From positions 1,184,001 to 1,248,000 of the forward strand of contig CAXXMV010000008.1 of the NCBI GenBank assembly GCA_963662285.2: DNA of 64,000 nucleotides, in the 5' to 3' direction. The notes below the pieces were generated by a model. It was not told where the DNA came from, ran no database searches, and saw nothing but the letters and a program-made list of their open reading frames with translations. Position 1 is the stretch's first letter; the number at the start of each line of letters is the position of its first letter. Of this stretch, positions 31,601-40,514 are shown in pieces. The DNA comes from a bacterium (GTDB lineage: Bacteria > Hinthialibacterota > Hinthialibacteria > Hinthialibacterales > Hinthialibacteraceae). Made by a program: the position numbers and the translations under genes.

Positions 31601-32179
31601 AGTTTGATCTGCGGTCTCGGAATAGGATTGCTTGAAGGCATCATAAGTACCTTCTCGCTGCATAGTGCGCTCCATCTCCGCCAACCAGGGGATTTCTCCA
31701 CTAAAGCCTTGTCGTTCGTTAAAGACTTTGTTGAAAACATCGACAATAGCGTCTTTTCTGGATTTACTATCTGATGATGACTTAGAATCTATATTGAAAA
31801 TAATTACTTCTAAATCACCTTTCTCAACAGAACGAGTCATGTCTCCATAGAGAAGAGGATCTTCGATTTTCTCTTTGAAATACCCCAAAGCATTTTTATC
31901 TTTTGTCGGTCGATTTTCCAAAAGATAGGAAACGATTTTCAAGAAATGAGATTTACCAGAACCGAAAAAGCCCGAAATCCATACCCCCATCTTATCGGTC
32001 GGTGAATCGAGTGATTTGGTGAAGGATTCATAAAAATCATGGAAATGACGGTTTAATTCGCGGGTAACAACATATTCAGAAAGTTCCTGTTGGATTTCAT
32101 CTTCTTGTTCCTGACCAATAGTGATTACCCCCTTGATATCCCGATCTATAGGTTTGGTGAACATGTCGATGATTTTCAT
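28667..32179 (-). CDS. brxC: BREX P-loop protein BrxC
   Basis: DRDIKGVI, EYVVT, WISGFFGSGKSHFLK, VDEVGQY, TSQE, YPFIPYQ. Confidence 0.95.
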   Translation of the reverse strand: MKIIDMFTKPIDRDIKGVITIGQEQEDEIQQELSEYVVTRELNRHFHDFYESFTKSLDSPTDKMGVWISGFFGSGKSHFLKIVSYLLENRPTKDKNALGYFKEKIEDPLLYGDMTRSVEKGDLEVIIFNIDSKSSSDSKSRKDAIVDVFNKVFNERQGFSGEIPWLAEMERTMQREGTYDAFKQSYSETADQTWEEGRDIFYYDRDNIVDALSKAIGLSKESASKWFDDGEKSYSLSIEKFCKNVKEYCDSKGSNHKILFFVDEVGQYVGNNTDLMLNLQTVTEDLGKLLRGRAWIIVTSQEAIDSLTKVKGNDFSKIMGRFSTRLNLSSANTDEVIKKRLLTKTKVAEDTLKAFYGDKSAIVKNLVSFSANTAEMKSYATVGEFLDLYPFIPYQFNLMQKVFEQIRRMGATGKHLSEGERSMLSAFQDAAVSVRENEIGSLVPLNAFYNALEAFLDSNIRRVFLQANENSNLQKQDIELLKILFMIKYVKEVRKNIENLTTLSLNHVDADKIELKKQITESLQRLKKQTLINQNGDEYNFLTHEEQDVNREIQQVDIDESEIVDYVSEIVFEGIYRENKFKYTKNRVFSFNKKVDNRIRGAQTNEITLWVITPNHEWSDMDRQVLMAKTIEHGDCVVLRLPLRDTYLDEIRTIKQTEKYLRQKNSMSNPESIQKILSDKNYESDQARNRVLMELEDAVKGSEIFFGGQDIKFTGKSSKELMEFALQNLVQNIYKYFEYITQPISNPEDVIRILSANDIEENTLFEIGTNRLALEELERFIDTETQMNHKITLKNLQNKFTRAPYGWGELDVSGLVARMIVAKKIICRCGGEIVDRKDNTLHNYLIKAPYAEKLVITLREEVGTLLIENVKKTVKELTGHSSYPKDEDDLAVKIRTLLDVQLKELQALRIHYQKRDYPGKATVDQCISQFENILDNKENKSFFEAIDSRKDDLLDLHDDLEPVKGFFGNMVEIFDNASKLVGQFERNKLYLSDESKGKLEDIESILSSPSPYSQIKDLPSLVQFISEDYQRQLEKQITLKKQLLKSQRSVIVDALIGNQVDDSRHAEFLKPFDDLALELEQYQDCNQVAAVEGHLEILVDQALKKIEELEPEEGLDDETPPTPAIHNLPLKSLVSGSKTIHNKDELEQWIKEIRQELEDILKDNKEIRLY

Positions 32180-32191
32180 GTTGTTTCTCCA

Positions 32192-32758
32192 TTATTCAAT
32201 TAATTTGAAAGCACGGTAGTAATTATCATCTTTGAATAGACCAAACAATTTCAATTTACGCTGGTCGTATTCACCTGGAAAGAACATCAATAATGGCTGT
32301 TTCTTAATGACACTATGAAGATTGTTCAAAACTGTATGGGATCTTAGAAGAGGATATGATCTCCCAACGCCAGTTAAGAAAATAAGTTGAACATCATCTG
32401 TTATCTGCTTATTTATACTTTTGATAAACGCATCCGGCTTTAAAATCGGTTCAAGCCGTTTTGGGATATTTTCAAATCCAACTTTTTTTTCATCGAGCGA
32501 TATTTTATCAAAAACATTCCTATTTCCAAGAATCTTCAGAATAATCGAGTACAAGTTGATTTCTATTGTTTTTATGTTAATAGACGGGCTATTAAGTTTG
32601 GTAATCAAGAATTCTGTATGATCTCGAACAAACAATTCATCTTTAGGATCATAATCAAAAATATGAAAACCAATTTCATTCCCTAATCCCTTGTTCTTCA
32701 AAAAGACAAGATCTGTAATTTTGGGAATAATTAAGTCAAGTTTTTCATGAATATCCAT
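32192..32758 (-). CDS. brxB: BREX protein BrxB (DUF1788)
   Basis: GLGNEIGFHIFDYDP, LTGVG, RSHTVLNNL, FFPGEY, DNYYRAF. Confidence 0.95.
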   Translation of the reverse strand: MDIHEKLDLIIPKITDLVFLKNKGLGNEIGFHIFDYDPKDELFVRDHTEFLITKLNSPSINIKTIEINLYSIILKILGNRNVFDKISLDEKKVGFENIPKRLEPILKPDAFIKSINKQITDDVQLIFLTGVGRSYPLLRSHTVLNNLHSVIKKQPLLMFFPGEYDQRKLKLFGLFKDDNYYRAFKLIE

Positions 32759-32768
32759 ACCGGAATCC

Positions 32769-33362
32769 CTATCCTGCTATGCATTCAATCAATTCTTTAT
32801 TAAAGGAAAGCAAAAGTTTCCCTTTAAAATCAACAGAAATAAATAATTTTTGAAGCGTTTTACTCTTTCGATCATTAATTAAGCCTGATTGATACAGTAT
32901 TTGAACATAGACTTGGATCAATTTTTTAATTGTCTTTTCTGTCCAACCTTTTACCTCACGTATTGTTTCTTGTTTATATTCAAAGAAATCCTCAATATCC
33001 TTAAGAGTAAGTTGCTGTTTATGTGAAGTCAAACGACATGCGATTGTTTCAACAACAAATTCCTTAAAAAGCCGATCTGATGAAGCAATTGCCAAAAGAT
33101 TTGTTATTTTGGCTTCATTGACTGAACCTGAAGCAAGACAATCAACAAGGGATTTATCCAGTACACTTATTCTCTTATGGATTGCATTGAACCGCTTGGG
33201 AACACTTTTGGTACTGCTATATTGAAACAGGTTAGATTCAATAATTTTATTCATTGCTACTTTTGGATCATTGGTATCTTTCATCAACAGAGCGACTTGT
33301 CTCGTTTCAAATAACAAAAACGGATTACCCGTTAAAGTTGCAGAATAATTACGATCAATCAT
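32769..33362 (-). CDS. brxA: BREX protein BrxA (DUF1819)
   Basis: YSATLTG, NLFQ, WTEKTIKKL; 197 aa; first position in the operon. Confidence 0.9.
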   Translation of the reverse strand: MIDRNYSATLTGNPFLLFETRQVALLMKDTNDPKVAMNKIIESNLFQYSSTKSVPKRFNAIHKRISVLDKSLVDCLASGSVNEAKITNLLAIASSDRLFKEFVVETIACRLTSHKQQLTLKDIEDFFEYKQETIREVKGWTEKTIKKLIQVYVQILYQSGLINDRKSKTLQKLFISVDFKGKLLLSFNKELIECIAG

Positions 33363-33395
33363 TATAATGAAAATTTCCCCAAATGTTCTTATATT

Positions 33396-33595
33396 CTATT
33401 TTTCGTATGGATTAGATTTATCAGCGGCTTCACCTGCTTTCACCCATTCATCAACTTCGGTTTTTTTAAACTTCCAAAGTCGTCCCATACGATGGGCAGG
33501 TATTTTTTTTCTGAAATCCAGCGATAGACCGTATCGCACTTAATTCCGAGGTGAGACGCAATTTCATCCACAGAAAGCCAACGATCACTTGACAC
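33396..33595 (-). pseudogene. Excisionase-like (HTH_17, Mad1-like) regulator, frameshifted in an A8 tract
   Basis: GGAG SD and GTG 33595; adding one A at 33503-33510 restores MSSDRWLSVDEIASHLGIKCDTVYRWISEKKIPAHRMGRLWKFKKTEVDEWVKAGEAADKSNPYEK. Confidence 0.8.
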
Positions 33596-33688
33596 AGACT
33601 TACTCCAAAACAAATAGAAATAAAACTGATCTGATTAAAAATGCAATAGATGATAAAAATCCTATTATAATCTTTAGGCAATGTCTAC

Positions 33689-33720
33689 TGGTTTAACCAA
33701 GTTTAACCAAGTTTAACCTA
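33689..33720. promoter_or_regulatory. Three tandem 10-bp repeats (GTTTAACCAA), candidate operator
   Basis: GTTTAACCAA GTTTAACCAA GTTTAACCTA; the first unit lies within the palindrome TGGTTTAACCA; just upstream of a minus-strand TATAAT (33664-33669). Confidence 0.55.
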
Positions 33721-33811
33721 TATTCTGCCAGTAATTCTGATCGAAGCGGTCGCATTTAATTTCGATTAAATACTCTAATTTAGAGTTTATGTCGTAGAGA
33801 ATAATCTTTGC

Positions 33812-34126
33812 CTACCTTGTGTCTTCCAACAGAATATCAATATCATCAAAACCATCTGAATTTATTCTCTTGGATCCTTTGTAAAAATGACATATCGACT
33901 CAGCATGGATAGGCTAAAACTCCCTATCATTTAGTATAAGGATTGCGGGCGAAGCCAAGAGCGGATGTGTTTCAGTGAGCCAGTTAACGGTCCAAGAGAT
34001 ATGGAATTGTTGGGCTCATGCGTCATCCGCGTTTTGCAATAATTCCTTAATAATTGAGGCTGAATCGTTATGACCTCGCAAAATCCCTCGAATCTGCTGA
34101 ACTATATTTGCATGCAATTGCCTCAT
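33812..34126 (-). pseudogene. Sacsin-like N-terminal GHKL ATPase fragment with two in-frame stops
   Basis: MRQLHANIVQQIRGIL...IIKELLQNADDA*AQQ...HPLLASPAILILNDREF*; stops at 34016-34018 and 33914-33916. Confidence 0.7.
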
Positions 34127-34256
34127 GGCACAAAACCTAGAACAATTGGTTTAACGATCGCCTTAGCATAATGGTTGATAATGTGCACACTCCCTTGTGT
34201 TAATCTAATTCACAGTTTTAGATAGCTAAAGATCACAATAAGTAGTTTAGTTATCT

Positions 34257-34574
34257 TTATACTCGTTTCTGCAGCCCCAACATAATCGACCATACCCCGA
34301 TACAGGCGCCGTGATACCTTTTATTCTCATAGGGAATCGAATTCTTGAAGTTGATGTAATCCATATTTTCAATATATTTAGTAAGATTTTGCGTAACATC
34401 GGATGTCGAAACAAAAGCCCGGTAACGGTAATCGGCGGCTTCATCTTCAAATACGTCTGCGTCCGGGAATAACTCTTCAATATCGCCCTTACAGCGCGCT
34501 CGGACTATGCGGTGGTCAGGATCGTTCTTGTCGACGACAATGGATATGAATGATTTACTGGTGAATAACCACAT
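34257..34574 (-). CDS. Conserved-looking hypothetical protein
   Basis: AGGAGG SD; MWLFT..FISIV...VRAR...DYRYRA...MDYINFKNS. Confidence 0.75.
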   Translation of the reverse strand: MWLFTSKSFISIVVDKNDPDHRIVRARCKGDIEELFPDADVFEDEAADYRYRAFVSTSDVTQNLTKYIENMDYINFKNSIPYENKRYHGACIGVWSIMLGLQKRV

Positions 34575-34595
34575 GAGATGTGTTCCTCCTGGTTG

Positions 34596-35280
34596 TTATT
34601 TCATTCTAGTCGTTTTCGCTTTTTGGATTGTTTTCTGTTTTGTTTCGATGAAAGTGAATTCATACAATTCATCTTCTAAATTTACAATTAAATCCACTTG
34701 ATTTGATTCATTCTTTTCGGGGCATTTGGTGTTTTCGATTACGACGATTCCCCCAAACGTTGTATCCGGTTGAACTGTGGTTTTTTGTAGAATTGCGGCG
34801 TCGAGATCGGAGATCGTTTCCTTGTACCTGGATGCAACCTGCGCCATTTCAGCATTGGTCTGAGTTTGAGCCTGCATTAGTGGCGTTCAACGATCTCGCC
34901 GCTCCACTCAGCCCCACGCAGAACATCATGAGGGCGTATTGTTGCCGAGCGATACGTTCCAATTCTTCATAGGTATAGACTTTGAGATCGTCTCCATTTA
35001 CTTTGGCCGTAATGTTTTCTGTGGAGAAATTGATCGGCTTGTCCGTTTTGTTGGATAAGGAGATCAAAAATTCTGGTTTTACCGAAGAATCCCTCACCCG
35101 GTTGCATAATCCCACGGAAAGGATATTGCTTTTCTGGGAAACGATATGTTCCGCCCCTTTCACATATACGATTTCCTGGTCCGGAGACGGTTGGGGAACC
35201 ATGACGACCATTGTGGCGCAACCTTGCATAAACTGAAAACAGCATCCGGTTAGAAACAAGGATAGTGTGGAATATCTCAT
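34596..35280 (-). pseudogene. Lipoprotein gene split by a frameshift or deletion
   Basis: Signal peptide with lipobox-like MQGC; ORFs 34849-35280 and 34596-34877 overlap in different frames and read as two halves of one protein. Confidence 0.6.
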
Positions 35281-35355
35281 TGCATTTCTCCTTCAAATTA
35301 TGAAATAATCATCAGATTTATATAAAGATACGATTGAATAAGCGCTTCTAGATGA

Positions 35356-36840
35356 TTACTCCACGCTGAACGCCGACAGGTGACAGAGCGAGTCAGAGTA
35401 CCATACCCCGACGCCGGTGCAGCTTTCGTCCTTGATGGTTAGTTCGTTTCCCAGGCCGATGGATGGATCGCATATTTCAATGGAGTTTTGGATGCGCTCC
35501 AGAAACTCTTGCGCCGTTCTTTGGGGGCATACCGGTATGTCGGATTGATGGATCGAATCCATAAAATAGGAGTCGGAGAGGCGCTCCCAGCATTGATGGA
35601 AACTTGCGGAATGATCAAAACAGTCCATCCCGATAATGTGGTTTCCGCTGCCGACAACGACGCCTACTGCAGCCTCAGGCAAAACGAAGCGGTCTTTGTA
35701 TTCTCGAATTCGTTCGCTTGACTTCTGATAGGCATCGGTGATCGATTCGGTATTGGAACATGCCTGGTGTTCCTTTAGATTCATGGACACCTCTTCCCAC
35801 ACCGCACCCTGATCGCTATAAGCGGCTCCAGAACTTGCCCGGCATTCTTGAACGCTCTGCAACTTGCGGCTGCGCAGTTTGGGATGGGCGTAATGATCGG
35901 ACTTGAAATCCTTCGTGGTAAACCGCCAGCGGCCCCGCTCCACACAACTGACCGGAATTCGTAAGGTAATATGGGCCGCCACAAGGATGCTGATATTCAC
36001 CACCCGGTTCTGTTTCGCCCCCACTAGGATTTCTCCTTCCGGGATCAGGATGGGTTTATCGTTCTGATTGTGGATCATCAATTCGTTGACCTGTCCCTGT
36101 TGAGAGACCTCCTCGACAATTGCTGTTTTCGAGTCAATCGCATTCTTTAACAGAATGTAATCGGCGTGAGTCAGATTGCTGGATACGATGGGGAAAACGG
36201 TCAGGTTGCAGTAATAGACGCCTTCCTGAATTTGTAATCCCGTCATAGCGGATCGTATTTTATTCTCGATGTTCTTGCCCTGATCGTTTCGAATCGTATC
36301 GGCTTTTGATTCGAAAAGATTTAAGATCAGATGCGTCTCCGGGGTGACATCTCTTTGCAGAACATGACGAAGACGGCGCTGCAGACCGGTAATGACGGAG
36401 GCGTTCTGGAATCCCTCCAGATTCTCATAGAGAATGCGCATGGATTCCTGCAGGGCTTCGACGTCGCTAGTTGGTTTTGCTTGGGATTCGAAGATCGATG
36501 CCCCCTTATCCGCCAGAAAGACCTTCAGGTTTAGTGAGAATCCATGCATGCGGTCGCCGCGTTGGTTTGCGTTCTGGGTGGGAATATAGCCGTCGATGAA
36601 AACCTTTCCCCGGTCGATGAGTGGAGCCAACCAGACGCACGTTCGGCGCTCGACAAACCCCACATCCTCGAAATCTAGATTCTTGACGCAGATAGCATTC
36701 AGATCGTGAGAATTTTCGGAATCTCGTTCCAGGTAGACCTTCTCGCCGGGCAACAGACGCCCATGTACGTACTGCATGCCGGAAAGCCTTGTTTTGATTT
36801 CGCCAATACATTTTTCCTGCGCTTTATTTGATACGTTCAT
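35356..36840 (-). CDS. HIRAN domain fused to ARPP-1 (DUF6569-like) domain
   Basis: HIRAN: GMQY...LERDSENSHDLNAICV...VGFV; ARPP-1: NLTVFP, EVSQQGQVNEL, GEILVGAKQNR, IPVSCVERGRW, QGAVW; GGAGG SD before ATG 36840. Confidence 0.85.
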   Translation of the reverse strand: MNVSNKAQEKCIGEIKTRLSGMQYVHGRLLPGEKVYLERDSENSHDLNAICVKNLDFEDVGFVERRTCVWLAPLIDRGKVFIDGYIPTQNANQRGDRMHGFSLNLKVFLADKGASIFESQAKPTSDVEALQESMRILYENLEGFQNASVITGLQRRLRHVLQRDVTPETHLILNLFESKADTIRNDQGKNIENKIRSAMTGLQIQEGVYYCNLTVFPIVSSNLTHADYILLKNAIDSKTAIVEEVSQQGQVNELMIHNQNDKPILIPEGEILVGAKQNRVVNISILVAAHITLRIPVSCVERGRWRFTTKDFKSDHYAHPKLRSRKLQSVQECRASSGAAYSDQGAVWEEVSMNLKEHQACSNTESITDAYQKSSERIREYKDRFVLPEAAVGVVVGSGNHIIGMDCFDHSASFHQCWERLSDSYFMDSIHQSDIPVCPQRTAQEFLERIQNSIEICDPSIGLGNELTIKDESCTGVGVWYSDSLCHLSAFSVE

Positions 36841-36900
36841 TCTGTTCCTCCATTTTCGGTTGATCCGCATTCGTATATGCATTCTTCTTCAAGACGCTTG

Positions 36901-37278
36901 TCAGGCGACACACGCTTCCTGGATTTGCCATAAGATATTGGATTCGTTGCGGTGATTTTGTGTGTAGGTGGTAATCCACTCGTATTCCCCGAATCGGTCT
37001 CCTCTGGCTATGACGGCGATCAATTCACAACCGGGGAACGATAATTCGAAATACCATGTGGCTACTCCGGCCTGTTTGCGCTGTTGGTAGGCAGGACGAT
37101 ATCCCCGCACCCACATTTCCGAATATGTCAATTGGGTACTCCGGCAGAAACAATCAAAAGCGACTTCAAGTTCCATGGTTTTACCTGTGAACTTTTCAAT
37201 CCGCTCCAACGCATGGTCTTTGATGGAAAAGAATCCCACCTTGCTGATCCGTAAAAACCTTTCACCATTGATCGCCAT
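36901..37278 (-). CDS. Hypothetical protein, first gene after the sigma-54 promoter
   Basis: AAGGAGG SD before ATG 37278; HALERI motif and a C-terminal beta-rich segment ending WITTY. Confidence 0.7.
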   Translation of the reverse strand: MAINGERFLRISKVGFFSIKDHALERIEKFTGKTMELEVAFDCFCRSTQLTYSEMWVRGYRPAYQQRKQAGVATWYFELSFPGCELIAVIARGDRFGEYEWITTYTQNHRNESNILWQIQEACVA

Positions 37279-37317
37279 GATTCCATTCCTCCTTCGTTCG
37301 ATCTTCACTGAACAAAA

Positions 37318-37333
37318 GCAAGAGGAGTGCCAA
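37318..37333 (-). promoter_or_regulatory. Sigma-54 -24/-12 promoter
   Basis: Minus strand reads TTGGCAC-TCCTC-TTGCT, a perfect TGGCAC-N5-TTGC match, 40 bp upstream of ATG 37278. Confidence 0.85.
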
Positions 37334-37621
37334 CATATTAAATTGATGAGAGATATACTTATGACAGGCTTGAAAATATGAAGTTAGGAAGAGAGTATAG
37401 GAAGATGTGTAATATTTAAATCATCTTATAAAATCGAGTGAATAGGTCATTTTTTGAGTGATATAATCAAATAATGAATAATTGGAATAAGGAATTATTC
37501 TGATTCCGTGACTGCTGACAAACCAGATTTTCACCCTCTGAATTTAGTTTATTTCTAAAAGAATGCTTGATTAGATTCATCCATAAAGGGAAAATTGTTA
37601 AAAAGAGATTGAGCAAGCAAT

Positions 37622-38638
37622 ATGAAATGGTTCGCATCCTTTTTCATACCATCTACAGACTGGATACAGATCGAGATTAGCACGGTCTGCAACGCCGCCT
37701 GTATTTATTGTCCCCGCACGACACATCTTGACCACTGGCAGAATCGGTTTATGACTCGTGAGACATTCCAGAAAATTGTACCCGCCTTATCAAAATCCAA
37801 TATGGCCTACCTGCAGGGATGGGGCGAGCCCTTTCTTCATCCCGACATTTTTAAATTCATCTCACTTGCGAAACAGGCGAGGTGTTTGGTTGGAACGACC
37901 ACCAATGCCATGTCGCTCGACAGTGATAAAATCTATCGCTTGGTTGAATTGGGCGTCGATATCATTGCGTTCTCACTAGCGGGCGCCAGCGAAAAGAACG
38001 ATGTATTTCGCAAGGGAACGCAGTTGAACAAAGTTCTTGAAGCCATTAAGTGTCTCGATCGGATTAAACATGAGATGGGCGCTTCTCGACCCTCTATCCA
38101 TATTGCTTATATGCTGCTTCGCTCCGGTCTAGAAGATATTGATGATTTACCATCCCTTCTATCCGGCTTGAATATTGATCAGGTCGTTATCACCACCTTG
38201 CCTTATGCGCCCTCACCCGAAATGGAAGAAGAAATGCTATGCGCGTTGCAACCCGTTGAACGTCAAGAACTAAAAACACGATTACAAGCCATCGCCGAAA
38301 AAGCAAAACGGATGGGCGTTCCAATTAATTATTATTTGAGGGATTCAGATAACAGCGTTTCGGTATGTACGGAAAACATCGAAAAGGCGCTCTTCATTTC
38401 CGTAAACGGAGAGGTCTCCCCGTGCGTGTTTACGAGGATGCCACTAAATAATCCCCTCAAGAAACCGGAGGATGAGAAGCATACTCGCCAACAGATCGTA
38501 TTCGGCGATATAAATCGCCAATCATTCAAAGAAATCTGGAATCAGAAAGACTATCGTGATTTTAGAAATTCCTGTTCATCCGGACAATTATCCCAATCCT
38601 GCCGCCATTGTCCCAAACGGCATGAAATACTCTTCTGA
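37622..38638 (+). CDS. Radical SAM/SPASM-domain protein
   Basis: CNAACIYC, QGWGEPFLHP, TTNA; C-terminal C...GEVSPC...CRHC. Confidence 0.9.
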   Translation: MKWFASFFIPSTDWIQIEISTVCNAACIYCPRTTHLDHWQNRFMTRETFQKIVPALSKSNMAYLQGWGEPFLHPDIFKFISLAKQARCLVGTTTNAMSLDSDKIYRLVELGVDIIAFSLAGASEKNDVFRKGTQLNKVLEAIKCLDRIKHEMGASRPSIHIAYMLLRSGLEDIDDLPSLLSGLNIDQVVITTLPYAPSPEMEEEMLCALQPVERQELKTRLQAIAEKAKRMGVPINYYLRDSDNSVSVCTENIEKALFISVNGEVSPCVFTRMPLNNPLKKPEDEKHTRQQIVFGDINRQSFKEIWNQKDYRDFRNSCSSGQLSQSCRHCPKRHEILF

Positions 38639-38745
38639 TTTTTTCCTTATACTTGTTCACTTTGGGCTTCTATCACCGGAATTCAGCGATGATGGCAATG
38701 TCTATAGAAGATGAGTCGGCAAAAAGTGGATGAAAGACGAAACCC

Positions 38746-38794
38746 ACACTATATCTTGTATATAAGTCTTATGGATACCCACTAAGTATTGTGG
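38746..38794. promoter_or_regulatory. Tandem NrdR-box-like palindromes
   Basis: ACACTATATCTTGTAT (38746-38761) and CCACTAAGTATTGTGG (38779-38794) versus consensus acaCwAtATaTwGtgt; 33 bp apart. Confidence 0.55.
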
Positions 38795-38879
38795 TCATAA
38801 AAACATTTTTTGACTTTTTACCGTTTCGTCATAAAAGATTAATCCAGTCATTTATTGAACATCATTGCATGCAGTAGAT

Positions 38880-40514
38880 TTATTCTTCAGATACCCATTT
38901 TCGCAAAGTATTAACAGCTACGACCAAAGCCTGCGCCGCTTGAGACCAGTTTCCTTCGTAGAGTTTCAGGACATGCTTCATATAGGAGATTTGAATTTCG
39001 GATGCAGGCAATACCTCAGTACAGTCTTTGGGGCGAAACATGAGCAGGTCTTTAGCCGTTCCCAGATCGCGAACGTGGCCGTATTCCGTATCGACTCGCA
39101 TTTCTTCCTTTACGACTTCACCAAAGGGCTTTTTCAGATAAACAGCCCGCTTGAGCAAGTTGATGAACTGGCGGATGTTTCCCGGCCAGTCGTATCCGTA
39201 AGCGGTCAGCCAATCCTCTTTTGTTAGAGAGTAGGAGTACTTCTTTTTCTTCATCTCATAGAGAAGATTGTTGGCGATTGATTTCATATCATCGAGTCGA
39301 TCCCTGAGTGGAGGGACGTAAATTTGCAGGACGTTTAACCGGTAATAAAGATCAGAACGGAAACGTCCTTCTCGAATCAAAGCGGGAATATTCTGATTGG
39401 TGGCGGCTATGATCCTCACATCTACGGATTTCGATCCCATAGTGCCGAGCGGTGTGATAGTCCCCTCCTCCAAAACGCGCAGCAATTGCGTTTGAACCGA
39501 CATCGGGAGTTCGGCGATTTCATCCAAAAATAGAGTTCCCCCATCGGCTTTTTCAAAAGCGCCCTCTTGATTGGTATTGGCTCCTGTATATGCCCCAGCA
39601 ACATGACCGAACAACCGGTCGTGAGCCAAATCGGAACTTGCGCTTAACATAGCGCAATTCACCGGGACAAATGGACCGCTGCGCTTACTGGCTTCATGCA
39701 GATTCCAGGCCACGAGTTCCTTCCCCGACCCGGTAGGACCCAGAATGAGAACCGGCTCGTCAATGGGGCCGATCTTCTGCACCAGCGACCGCAGGTGTTT
39801 CATAAGTTTGCTTTCACCCAAGGGAACGGTGTGTGATCCGTAAAGGCGGTAGGCATCCACTTCTTTATAATCAGATTCGGTAAGGGGAACGATCCCCGCC
39901 AGTTTCTGGATGGCCTGGATATAACTCGAACGGTCGCCGTATTTGAAATAACGGGCCGCGCTCGCCCGGATCAGGTCGTGCCAAAATTGTTCTTCTTTGG
40001 AAGGTTTCTTTTTGTCGGAAACGAACTGATAGGAAAGGATCAGGAGAAATTTTGATTGATCGTTCAGAGAGATGTTATGAAAAATCTGGATGATATCGGT
40101 ATTGCTTCTGGCTTTCTGGAAAACCGGCTTGCAAACATCTCCTAGCGCCTCTTCATACTCATTCAGATATTCCCTCCCACAGTACCATAGAACGGTCCGT
40201 TTTTTTCGAGTCAGTTGAGTAACCCTTTCGAGAACCTCACCGATGGATTCGTTCACGCCGACGCCGCAGATATGGATTACATCGGGTATCTGGGATTGTC
40301 CCTGAATCCCTTCCAGTGAAGTAGCGATCCGCCGGGCGCTGGTAATAACAATATTGGCTTTCGGATGGATCTGCAAAAGCATAGCCGCCGAACAAGCTCC
40401 ATCCATTCCATGTGTGGTCAATATACAGTGATGTTGTTCGCGAGTCGCCATGAGAAACCTCTCAACGTAAAGCACATTTTGATCGTTTGCATCAATTATT
40501 GATAACTCTATCAT
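38880..40514 (-). CDS. Sigma-54 enhancer-binding protein with DHH-like N-terminal domain
   Basis: GPTGSGKE, VNCA, GAYTGA (GAFTGA variant), FLDEI, RIIAATN, FRSDLYYRL, WPGNIRQ, Fis-like HTH; N-terminal THGMDGACSAA; no receiver domain. Confidence 0.9.
   Translation of the reverse strand: MIELSIIDANDQNVLYVERFLMATREQHHCILTTHGMDGACSAAMLLQIHPKANIVITSARRIATSLEGIQGQSQIPDVIHICGVGVNESIGEVLERVTQLTRKKRTVLWYCGREYLNEYEEALGDVCKPVFQKARSNTDIIQIFHNISLNDQSKFLLILSYQFVSDKKKPSKEEQFWHDLIRASAARYFKYGDRSSYIQAIQKLAGIVPLTESDYKEVDAYRLYGSHTVPLGESKLMKHLRSLVQKIGPIDEPVLILGPTGSGKELVAWNLHEASKRSGPFVPVNCAMLSASSDLAHDRLFGHVAGAYTGANTNQEGAFEKADGGTLFLDEIAELPMSVQTQLLRVLEEGTITPLGTMGSKSVDVRIIAATNQNIPALIREGRFRSDLYYRLNVLQIYVPPLRDRLDDMKSIANNLLYEMKKKKYSYSLTKEDWLTAYGYDWPGNIRQFINLLKRAVYLKKPFGEVVKEEMRVDTEYGHVRDLGTAKDLLMFRPKDCTEVLPASEIQISYMKHVLKLYEGNWSQAAQALVVAVNTLRKWVSEE

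Noticed and set aside
33466-33681. 71-aa ORF from the track
   Set aside because: An alternative-frame artefact overlapping the frameshifted HTH gene
33689-33720. CRISPR array or iterons
   Set aside because: Only three contiguous 10-bp units, with no spacers and no cas or rep gene
33812-34126. Selenocysteine/pyrrolysine readthrough or an alternative genetic code
   Set aside because: Both TGA and TAG occur, the gene is also truncated, and neighbouring genes use these codons as normal stops
37622-38638. RiPP maturase cluster
   Set aside because: No precursor peptide, transporter or peptidase gene is adjacent
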